From contig JBGGMM010000157.1 of assembly GCA_041288045.1 (NCBI GenBank), positions 1 to 28,493 on the forward strand: a stretch of DNA of 28,493 bases, read 5' to 3'. Below are positions 7,979-15,164 of this stretch, one piece after another; positions within the stretch are counted from its first letter, which is position 1, and the number at the start of each line of letters is the position of its first letter. This DNA comes from Pseudobdellovibrionaceae bacterium (GTDB lineage Bacteria > Bdellovibrionota > Bdellovibrionia > Bdellovibrionales > Bdellovibrionaceae). The position numbers were made by a program, and so were the translations under genes. The notes beneath the pieces are model-generated. The model saw nothing but the letters and a program-made list of their open reading frames with translations, did no database searches and had not been told where the DNA came from.

Positions 7979-9289
7979 TTAATCAAAATATCCATGCAAA
8001 TAATAACTTTCCGTATTCAAATCCTGAAAAACCCAAAGAAGCTGTCCTCTTTTGGAAAGAGCAAAGTAATAATCCCGCTCTTGAGGGACTTTCCACCAAG
8101 AAGCTTCAATTCTCTCGATGGGAAAACGAGTCAGAATTTTCATCGTTTCCAACATGAATTTTGAAAGCAGCAAAGGAGCTTTGAGCAACAACGAAGGCCT
8201 GGGGCTTTCTGCTAAACTTTTGGAATAAACGGATTTAACCTGAATGGCCTGATCGGACCATTCCACCAAATCCTTGGAGGATAAATCCTTCGGCCAATCC
8301 GCTTTGAAAGTGTAACTCTCTTCAGGCAAATGCGAAGGTTCCACTTGTAAAAATCCCATTTCAATTTCAGCTTGATTGGCAAAGCTGATCAGTCTTTTCC
8401 ATCGATCCTCGCGAGAATCCCGAGGCTGGAAAAAATCCAACTGTTGAATTTTTTCCGGCACATCAATGATCTGCACTTCGAACTCTCGGATGGGATTGTC
8501 TAAATCCAGATTTTCCAGCTTTTGAATCAAAAGGTCTTCATAGAGCTTCAGATCCCGGCTTGGCGAAACAGGTTCAATCTGAATCTGATGCCTTTTCTCT
8601 GAATATTCGCAGAAAAGAGTCACTTCCATTTTTTTTCCGAATTTTGCCAAGCCCTCCAAACGCAGAAATAGATACTGCAACTGAGGCCGCATTTTCTGCA
8701 TGAGAACTGGCATCAGGCTCACAGGGTCATCAAAGTATCCATAACCTGAAAGCGGATCTTGAGGGGTCAGTGGAGAGATGACTTGAAAATCCTGACCATG
8801 CAACCGCTTCCACAGGAGAATCCCTGCTTCTCCCCATCTTTCTCTGAAGGAGGCTTCTTGGAAATGATAGACATCTTCAATCCATTCCATGCCCATGACT
8901 TTAAAAAAATTGACGATATGTTCAATTGGCCTTTTCTTGTTCCAAGCCTCAAGCCCTTCCAAATCGCAAAGAGCCGCTGTTGGAAGCTTAGAAATCATTT
9001 TGAAATCTTCACCAGTTCTGGTGATTTCAAATGGCCGATGATGAACCATCATTTGGGCCACTGGAGGAGAATCAGCAATAGCTCCTGTCGCCTTGGGCGC
9101 GATACTTCTGGCCAACTCAACAGCTTTTTTTAAAAGCTGCAGTTCTCCGCCAAAAAAACCAGTGGTGGATTCAATATCGACAAAGACATAAGAAGGATAA
9201 CGAAACTGAACCCGAGGGCTCAGTTTCAGAAAAATTTCAGCGCAAGAGGCTTCGTGTGTCTGCTGTAAGTTGAGACATAAGATCCGCAT
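7979..9289 (-). CDS. imuB: ImuB-like inactive Y-family polymerase
   Basis: Degenerate Y-family N-terminus, clamp-binding-like QLDFF, and ImuB C-terminal motifs ERIEASWW, RDYY, LWVFQD and LHGYFD. GGAGG precedes ATG 9289. Confidence 0.9.
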   Translation of the reverse strand: MRILCLNLQQTHEASCAEIFLKLSPRVQFRYPSYVFVDIESTTGFFGGELQLLKKAVELARSIAPKATGAIADSPPVAQMMVHHRPFEITRTGEDFKMISKLPTAALCDLEGLEAWNKKRPIEHIVNFFKVMGMEWIEDVYHFQEASFRERWGEAGILLWKRLHGQDFQVISPLTPQDPLSGYGYFDDPVSLMPVLMQKMRPQLQYLFLRLEGLAKFGKKMEVTLFCEYSEKRHQIQIEPVSPSRDLKLYEDLLIQKLENLDLDNPIREFEVQIIDVPEKIQQLDFFQPRDSREDRWKRLISFANQAEIEMGFLQVEPSHLPEESYTFKADWPKDLSSKDLVEWSDQAIQVKSVYSKSLAESPRPSLLLKAPLLLSKFMLETMKILTRFPIERIEASWWKVPQERDYYFALSKRGQLLWVFQDLNTESYYLHGYFD

Positions 9290-10058
9290 GGACAAGTCCT
9301 CCAGGAATGGTGAAAGGGGTGGGTCTGTGAGCCGCTCTTTTGATTGTGAAGAAATCGCCCTGGCAATCAATCACCAGGCTAAAAAGCGATGAATGCATCC
9401 AATGCTGAGAATGAGTGATAAAAACCAGAGCCACTTGATGGGTGCGCGCCAGCTTTTTTAATTTTTGCAATTGATGAGTCTTCAAGCATCCCTCGGAAAG
9501 ATGACATCCCACCATTTCAAACAGAGAGCTCGTGATCATCTCTTGAAGAATCCAAAAAAGCTGTGCACTGTCAGTGGGCTTTCGAACCACAAGCAATTTT
9601 TGCAGATTGATTTTCTTATGAACTAAAGAGCTTGGCAGAAGCTCCCAATCTGAATTGATCCATGCCACCCATTTTTTCTGCTCTTGCACTTTGACAGCAG
9701 TTTGAATCCATAAGGAAGTGGCCCCCGTTCCAGGTGGCCCTGAAAGAAGTGTCAAATCACCTTGTGGAAAGCCATGCCAGAGAAGGAAATCGTCAATCAC
9801 ATCAATTCCAGTGGCCAGTCCTGCGGGAGGCTTGAGTTGATGCAAAGGAATCAACGAAGGAGATAATTTGTCTTTCAACTCTTCCACTGACATTTCTTCA
9901 TCCACACTGTCCTCAGGTTTTTCCACAGCGACAGGAGCTTGTGTTTCTCGAGAGTCAGTTTCCCAATCATAAGACAGAGCTGCGTTTCCATCGAAAACGC
10001 TCGGAAAATCAGAATCAAAATTCAGTTCTGCTTCTCTTGATTTTTCTATTTTGGACAT
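9237..10058 (-). CDS. imuA: ImuA / RecA-like mutasome accessory protein
   Basis: TGIDVID..L..G.PQG RecA-like start, degenerate Walker A GPPGTGATS, VAWIN and LLVVR. Lies between lexA and imuB, with RBS GAAGGGGA. Confidence 0.85.
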   Translation of the reverse strand: MSKIEKSREAELNFDSDFPSVFDGNAALSYDWETDSRETQAPVAVEKPEDSVDEEMSVEELKDKLSPSLIPLHQLKPPAGLATGIDVIDDFLLWHGFPQGDLTLLSGPPGTGATSLWIQTAVKVQEQKKWVAWINSDWELLPSSLVHKKINLQKLLVVRKPTDSAQLFWILQEMITSSLFEMVGCHLSEGCLKTHQLQKLKKLARTHQVALVFITHSQHWMHSSLFSLVIDCQGDFFTIKRAAHRPTPFTIPGGLVHADLMSQLTADTRSLLR

Positions 10059-10071
10059 AGTGATCCCCTTC

Positions 10072-10091
10072 TCGTGCTCACTTGAGCACGA
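10072..10091. promoter_or_regulatory. Inverted repeat directly upstream of the imuA ribosome-binding site
   Basis: TCGTGCTCA-CT-TGAGCACGA (9-bp perfect arms). Confidence 0.45.
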
Positions 10092-10141
10092 TTGAATGCC
10101 TTGTTAAGAAATAAAAAAAGATGAATGGAAAAGAGCGTGGA

Positions 10142-10858
10142 TTAGAATTTGCGAATCAATCCGACGACAACACCCTGGATGTCCACCCGATCCGGAGGGT
10201 ACCACATGGATTTCATCGACGAATTGGCAGGACGAAGCTCAACAATTTTTTCCTGCTCTTTGCTCTTCAGGAAAAATCTTTTCACTGTGGATTCATTATC
10301 AATGCTGGCAACAACGATTTCCCCGTTTGAAGCAGAGGCCTGCTTTTGAACGAGAATGATGTCACCATCAAAAATCCCATCTTCAATCATCGATGAACCA
10401 TCGACCTTGAGAGCATAGGATTTGGAGGGGTTTCTCACCAGGCTGGGTGGCACTTGAATAAATTCATCATGCTCGAAAGCCTCGATGGGCTGACCAGCGG
10501 CCACTTTGCCAAGTAAAGGAAGAGCCAGGATCTCCTCGCGACCACTGGGTGTCTGGAGGAGCGGATGGCGAGAAGATCCTGCTTTGGAGGGCGAAACTTT
10601 GGATTGAACAATCTCTTGCACAGCTGTCGAAGAGTGAAGGACCTGAATAGCCCGCTTTTGATTGTTCGCGATCTGAATGTAGCCTTTGTTAGAAAGCTGC
10701 TTCAGATAATTTTGAACCGAGTTGAAAGACGCGAAACCGAAGTGGTCCTTGATTTCTTGATAGGAGGGAGAAACCCCGGACTGCGCCAGTCGCGTTTCAA
10801 TCAACTCGAGAACTGCTTTTTCTTTTTCTGTTAAAGGGAGAGGCTGCTTCATATACAT
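10142..10858 (-). CDS. lexA: SOS repressor LexA (start may be the second ATG at 10852)
   Basis: wHTH (LTEKE, SPSYQEI, GFAS, KGYI, RAI), Ala-Gly cleavage site VAAGQP, catalytic Ser in GSSM and Lys in TVKR. Confidence 0.97.
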   Translation of the reverse strand: MYMKQPLPLTEKEKAVLELIETRLAQSGVSPSYQEIKDHFGFASFNSVQNYLKQLSNKGYIQIANNQKRAIQVLHSSTAVQEIVQSKVSPSKAGSSRHPLLQTPSGREEILALPLLGKVAAGQPIEAFEHDEFIQVPPSLVRNPSKSYALKVDGSSMIEDGIFDGDIILVQKQASASNGEIVVASIDNESTVKRFFLKSKEQEKIVELRPANSSMKSMWYPPDRVDIQGVVVGLIRKF

Positions 10859-10860
10859 AC

Positions 10861-10890
10861 AACTTACAGTGTAAATAATATGTAAGTCAA
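10861..10890 (-). promoter_or_regulatory. lexA promoter with overlapping LexA operator
   Basis: Minus strand TTGACT-N18-TAAGTT. ATTTACACTGTAAGT (10862-10876, core TTAC-N3-GTAA) overlaps the -10. An extra ACTTACA half-site overlaps the -35. Confidence 0.85.
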
Positions 10891-11055
10891 TGGACGTTTT
10901 CAGTTCTATGCAAAGGTCCAGAAGGCAAATTTAAGCCAATAGAATCAAATACTTAAAAAAAGACACAGAGTGCGTGACTTTTAAACATAAGTGACTTCAA
11001 CCCCAAGTCACAGAGACAATAAGAAAAAGCAATACAAGTCCGTTAGGAGGACTCC

Positions 11056-11640
11056 ATGAAAAGAATTTTGGCGATCTTCGCTCTGATTTTTGGAATGTCT
11101 TCAGCTGCCCAAGCTGGGCTGTTGATCGAACCATATATTGGATACGCCTTCGGGAAAGCGACATACACTTTCATCGGGGCAACTGAATACACAGACAATC
11201 TTTCAGGAGCCGGCTACGGATTAAGACTGGGATATAAATTTCTCATGCCTTGGGTTGCGCTGGATTATACAGGCGGATCAGGAACAGCAAAATCCGGAAG
11301 ACCAGGAGTCGCCGACAGTGATTACACAGTCACAAGCTTAGGCGGAGTTGTCGGAGTGGATCTGCCAATTTTACTGCGAGCTTGGGCCGGTTACGGATTC
11401 TCAAATGAAGTGCTGCTCAAAGGAGCCGCAGGAGCCGCCGACCAAAAGTTCAAAGGCACTTACACCAAAGTGGGAGTCGGCTTCACAGGCTTGCCATTCG
11501 TCTCTCTGAACGCCGAATACCAAATCCACGACTTCAAAAAAGTCGATGTTGGAAGCGGCGAAGTCGATAAAACCGACGTCTTCGACAAACTCACAGGTGA
11601 CCAGGTCCTCGTCTCCGTCAGCATCCCCTTCGACCTCTAA
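11056..11640 (+). CDS. Small outer-membrane beta-barrel protein
   Basis: Sec signal ending AQA, alternating Gly/aromatic beta strands (EPYIGY, GLRLGY, VGVGF, LNAEY), C-terminal VSVSIPFDL and RBS AGGAGG. Confidence 0.85.
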   Translation: MKRILAIFALIFGMSSAAQAGLLIEPYIGYAFGKATYTFIGATEYTDNLSGAGYGLRLGYKFLMPWVALDYTGGSGTAKSGRPGVADSDYTVTSLGGVVGVDLPILLRAWAGYGFSNEVLLKGAAGAADQKFKGTYTKVGVGFTGLPFVSLNAEYQIHDFKKVDVGSGEVDKTDVFDKLTGDQVLVSVSIPFDL

Positions 11641-11643
11641 ACC

Positions 11644-11685
11644 TCACTCTCCATTCTCTATTTTCCATTTTCTATTCTCTATTCT
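11644..11685. repeat. Degenerate heptamer tandem repeat, about 6 x CYATTYT
   Basis: TCACTCT CCATTCT CTATTTT CCATTTT CTATTCT CTATTCT. Confidence 0.7.
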
Positions 11686-11686
11686 C

Positions 11687-11719
11687 TAAAAAACTCCAGC
11701 CAAAAGCTGGAGTTTTTTA
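11687..11719. terminator. Bidirectional intrinsic terminator
   Basis: TAAAAAACTCCAGC-CAAAA-GCTGGAGTTTTTTA between the convergent beta-barrel and MocR genes. Confidence 0.9.
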
Positions 11720-13159
11720 TGTCATTTGCTCAGCAAATTTGGCAATTTTCAGCAAAGACATTTCAATTCGAGAATCCCAAGGATTCCCACAATTCAAACG
11801 AATGCAGTTTTGATATTTTCCAGATCCAGAAAAAAGCGGACCTGGAATAATGCTGATCCCCTCTTTGAGAGCCTTTTGATGAAGCTCGAGAGATTTCACA
11901 CTGTTTGGAAATTCGACCCAAAGAAGACATCCCCCTTGCGGAACTGTCACTTTCGTTCCCTTGGGAAAATGCTGTTGGATCAAATGCGAAGTCAGATGCA
12001 CGTTCTGAGCAAGAGTTTGTCTTAATTTTCGCAAATGCCGATCATAATTGTGATGCTCAAGCAAATCCGCAATCGCCATTTGCGAAACAGAATTAGTTGC
12101 AACAGTGGAGGAAAATTTCAACCGCTCAAAAAGCTCAGTCCATTTTTTCGGAGACACGAGCCAGCCGACCCGATAACCAGGAGCCAGAGTTTTAGAAAAA
12201 GAAGAACAAAAAATCACTTCATCCTTTTTATCAAAAGACTTCAAAGCCAAGGGACGACGTCCCTGAAACTGAAGCTCACCATAAATATCGTCTTCGATCA
12301 ATGCGACACCATGACGAGAACAAATCTGCACCACTCTCTCTTTGTCTTCGTCAGTCATCAGACTGCCGAGAGGATTTTGAAAATTGGGTGTCAGCAAGGC
12401 GGCCTTCACAGAAAATTTTTTCACTTTCTCTTCGAAAACCTCAACATCAATTCCTGTCTGAGTGCAGGTCGGAAGCTCGAGAACTTTCAATCCCATGCTC
12501 TCAAGGGAATGCAAAATCCCATAATAGGTCGGACTTTCCACAGCCACCACGTCTCCGGCTTTTGTTACTGCTTTCAAAGCCAGATTGATAGCCTCCATGG
12601 CGCCAGTCGTTGTCACGATTCTTTTGGGATCCGCTTCAAATCCCATATCCACGGACCGCCGAGCGAGCTCTCGTCGAAGACCCCAAAAACCAAGAGCTCG
12701 ATCATAGCGAATGCTTGCATCTGGATTTTCGCGAGCCACTCGGCCCAGGCTTCTTTGCAAGCTTTCCACAGGCAAAAGCGAATTGTGAATGACAGCTCCA
12801 CCTAGCGGAACCAGATCCGGATCTCCACAGGAGCGGATGACATCCAGAAAGGCGTCTTGACTTTGCACAAAGCGCGGAGCTGAAGCTGGACGGCTCATGC
12901 TCGGTTCCTGTGTCAAAGTCCGCATTTTCACGTAATAACCGGATTGAGGTTTCGCTTCGATATATCCCTGATTCTCGAGCAGATCATAACTTTGCAGAAT
13001 CGTCGAAATGCTGACGTCCAATTTGTCACTGAGATCACGCACAGACGGCACTTTGGTGCCTGGCAAATAAGTCCCGTCCTGAATCCAATCTTTCAATCGA
13101 TTGGCAACTCGGACATACAAAGGGTTTCCATCTTTTTTCAAAAGCTGTTCTCGAGCCAT
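11717..13159 (-). CDS. MocR/GabR-type GntR regulator (wHTH plus PLP aminotransferase domain)
   Basis: PGTKVPSVR, S.ST...Y..LE..G, PQSGYYV, VESPTY, PNFQNPLG, IEDDIY and SFSKTLAPGYRVGW (PLP lysine). Start at ATG 13159. Confidence 0.95.
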   Translation of the reverse strand: MAREQLLKKDGNPLYVRVANRLKDWIQDGTYLPGTKVPSVRDLSDKLDVSISTILQSYDLLENQGYIEAKPQSGYYVKMRTLTQEPSMSRPASAPRFVQSQDAFLDVIRSCGDPDLVPLGGAVIHNSLLPVESLQRSLGRVARENPDASIRYDRALGFWGLRRELARRSVDMGFEADPKRIVTTTGAMEAINLALKAVTKAGDVVAVESPTYYGILHSLESMGLKVLELPTCTQTGIDVEVFEEKVKKFSVKAALLTPNFQNPLGSLMTDEDKERVVQICSRHGVALIEDDIYGELQFQGRRPLALKSFDKKDEVIFCSSFSKTLAPGYRVGWLVSPKKWTELFERLKFSSTVATNSVSQMAIADLLEHHNYDRHLRKLRQTLAQNVHLTSHLIQQHFPKGTKVTVPQGGCLLWVEFPNSVKSLELHQKALKEGISIIPGPLFSGSGKYQNCIRLNCGNPWDSRIEMSLLKIAKFAEQMT

Positions 13160-13191
13160 AAGGCAGTTTATTTCTCTCTTCGTAAAAGATC

Positions 13192-13274
13192 CAGATACAG
13201 TCACCTAAAAGCCTAACCATAACAGTTTTCCAAAATCAAACTGTTATGGTTACAATTTGTAATTTCTGAATCTG
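13192..13274. promoter_or_regulatory. Symmetric operator in the divergent MocR/DUF2917 promoter region
   Basis: TAACCATAACAGTTT-N9-AAACTGTTATGGTTA (13214-13252) plus outer boxes CAGATACAG (13192-13200) and CTGAATCTG (13266-13274) on the same axis. Confidence 0.75.
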
Positions 13275-13326
13275 TACTGTTTTGAAGAAATCGGCGAAAT
13301 TAAAGCCTGCCCTGAAGGAGGCTGTC

Positions 13327-13662
13327 ATGATTCATTTTCATTATTTAGAAAAAGGTCAGATCCTTCGATTTGAAAAAGCGACTCAAATCACGCTTCTTTC
13401 AGGCGAAGTTTGGATCACACGGGAAAATGATCTGAAAGACCACGTCCTCCAAGCCAGCGAGAAAATCAACAACCCAGCATCAAGTCTGATGCTCGTTGAA
13501 GCGCTGGAAAATTCAAATTTACTTTACTCGGCGCAAGAACTTGATTTGAGTCTTGAACCGCAAGCAGGCACACGGGACATATCTGAAGAAGCTGAAGCTT
13601 TCGTTTCAAAAGCTTGGAGCTTGAACTCAGCTCGAGTGGCAGGTGACCAAGAGCAGTTTTGA
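13327..13662 (+). CDS. DUF2917 domain protein
   Basis: SGEVWITRENDLKDHVL and LVEAL motifs, divergent from MocR as is usual for this family. AAGGAG precedes ATG 13327. Confidence 0.8.
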   Translation: MIHFHYLEKGQILRFEKATQITLLSGEVWITRENDLKDHVLQASEKINNPASSLMLVEALENSNLLYSAQELDLSLEPQAGTRDISEEAEAFVSKAWSLNSARVAGDQEQF

Positions 13663-13730
13663 TAAAACAGAATGATGAGCGGATTCACCACCCACAAAAA
13701 AACAAAACTCAGCTGTCCGCGATTGAACAT
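13524..13730 (-). CDS. Small putative lipoprotein (68 aa)
   Basis: GAGGAG RBS 7 nt before ATG 13730. MFNRGQLSFVFLWVVNPLIILFYQNC has a hydrophobic core and a 'YQNC' lipobox; two C-terminal Cys. Confidence 0.6.
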   Translation of the reverse strand: MFNRGQLSFVFLWVVNPLIILFYQNCSWSPATRAEFKLQAFETKASASSDMSRVPACGSRLKSSSCAE

Positions 13731-13893
13731 GATGTTTCTCCTCACATGAAACAGCTTATGACAGATCGCTTTCAATCACTATCAAACATGCCTTCTCCGT
13801 CTCTGTGAGAGACGGCGGGCCTCATTTTTTTTCATTTCTCAAATTGGCGCGTTCGTGATTGAATCAATTTTGTCTCGAGGGAGGGCCGATAAC

Positions 13894-14667
13894 ATGAAGT
13901 TGGTGTTCTGTTTGCTGATTTGCTTTCAATCCATCATTTCCTATGCTCAAACGAAGAAGCTTCCGGAGAAAACTGTTCCGACAAATGAAGCCCCGCCAGT
14001 GCAAGCTCCCTTGAATGAGACTTTGCCAGAAACCACTGTCGTCCCCAGTGAAAACATTGCTTTGGTGGATGCGCCTCACAAACATTCAACCAAAGTTCTT
14101 CGCGGTCTCAGTCAGTACACTGGCAGTCTTCATCTTTCTCCGTTCTCAACTTGGTTGCCAATGAAATACGGCTTGGCTTTAGGAGCCGTACTCAATGAAA
14201 ACTGGACCATTGAGGGCGAGTACACGCAGAAAACTATTTCAGCCAGCGTATCTAGCGTGGATTTCGGCGAAGTGAAAGACAAACGCTATGGAATTCAATC
14301 TAGGTGGTATCCAGGATCGAACAGTTTCCATTTCATCATGGGTCTTTACAAAAGCGAATTTTCAGCCGAAGTCGGCAATTCGATTCTCGATAATATCGGC
14401 ACCATGCCTTCGTCGACTTTGATTAAAATCGAATCCATAGGTCCGCAGTTGGGACTGGCCAACCGGTGGCAGTGGACCAACGGGATTCATTTCGGAGTCG
14501 ACTGGTTCGTGATGTACGTTCCCCTGTTCAATCAGAAAATCGATGACGCAATTTTGGATTCCGTCAACAATAGCGATGATCAAGATGACCTGGACAAAGC
14601 AATTGCCGTCATTTCTAAAATTCCGCAATTCGATGTCTTGAAACTCCAACTCGGTTACTCATTCTAA
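13894..14667 (+). CDS. Hypothetical outer-membrane beta-barrel protein
   Basis: Signal peptide ending SYA, Pro/Thr/Glu-rich linker, amphipathic strands (GLANRWQW, FGVDW) and C-terminal beta-signal LQLGYSF. GAGGGAGG upstream of ATG 13894. Confidence 0.75.
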   Translation: MKLVFCLLICFQSIISYAQTKKLPEKTVPTNEAPPVQAPLNETLPETTVVPSENIALVDAPHKHSTKVLRGLSQYTGSLHLSPFSTWLPMKYGLALGAVLNENWTIEGEYTQKTISASVSSVDFGEVKDKRYGIQSRWYPGSNSFHFIMGLYKSEFSAEVGNSILDNIGTMPSSTLIKIESIGPQLGLANRWQWTNGIHFGVDWFVMYVPLFNQKIDDAILDSVNNSDDQDDLDKAIAVISKIPQFDVLKLQLGYSF

Positions 14668-14832
14668 AATTTCCTGCTTTTCGTGGTCTCTGGCGAAGTC
14701 TTATGGCTGCTGAGAAGTCTCCAGCCCTCTGGATTCAACCGACGGATTTCCATGCCCCAAAACCAAGCTGCTGAACAACAGCGCCTGAAACGGGGTTTTA
14801 ACCTCTCTCATTGGCTCAAATAAGGTCTAGGC

Positions 14833-14867
14833 GGGGCGTCCCGGGTTGCTGGGGCGCCTTTTACTTT
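14833..14867 (+). terminator. Intrinsic terminator
   Basis: GGCGTCCCGG-GTTG-CTGGGGCGCC followed by TTTTACTTT. The G-U pairs form only on the + strand. Confidence 0.7.
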
Positions 14868-14894
14868 GCGCTTACTGAGGAAAATGGCTATGAT
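14866..14894 (+). promoter_or_regulatory. Sigma70-type promoter giving a leaderless tatA mRNA
   Basis: TTGCGC-N17-TATGAT-N6-ATG(14901). Confidence 0.65.
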
Positions 14895-14900
14895 GGCCTT

Positions 14901-15158
14901 ATGGGATCATTAAGCTTTACTCATATACTTTTATTGGTGTTTATTCTTTTGATTTTCTTTGGCCCTAGCAAATTGCCTCAATTGGGTCAGTCCTTGGGTC
15001 GAGCCATTCGCGGCTTCAAAGAGGGCTTGAACGAAATCAATGGCGAAGCACGAGACATTCAGACGAAAAACGAAACTCAGACTCAACAGTTGCGCCACGA
15101 TGAACAGGCCCGGTCTGAACAGCAGCAACGCGAAACTTCAGATCAGAAAAAATCATAA
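14901..15158 (+). CDS. tatA: Twin-arginine translocase TatA/TatE subunit
   Basis: Single TM helix, then FGPSKLPQLGQSLGRAIRGFK amphipathic helix and a charged tail. Confidence 0.93.
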   Translation: MGSLSFTHILLLVFILLIFFGPSKLPQLGQSLGRAIRGFKEGLNEINGEARDIQTKNETQTQQLRHDEQARSEQQQRETSDQKKS

Positions 15159-15164
15159 AGAACG

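Noticed and set aside
4544..10091. Palindromes flanking imuA-dnaE2 as ends of a mobile element
   Set aside because: The two palindromes are unrelated in sequence, and I see no target duplication, transposase or integrase.
11644..11685. Repeat as a CRISPR array
   Set aside because: Units are 7 nt with no spacers, and there are no cas genes.
13250..13262. TTACAATTTGTAA as a second LexA box
   Set aside because: The spacer is N5 rather than N3, and it lies within the MocR operator region.
13797..13815. CCGTCTCT-GTG-AGAGACGG hairpin as a terminator
   Set aside because: It lies between divergent starts and the T-run is about 10 nt away. The repeat is real but its function cannot be assigned.
14752..14823. 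LKRGFNLSHWL resembles a GH5 glycosidase N-terminal strand, suggesting a pseudogene
   Set aside because: Only about 10 residues, with no further GH5-like sequence next to it. Probably chance.
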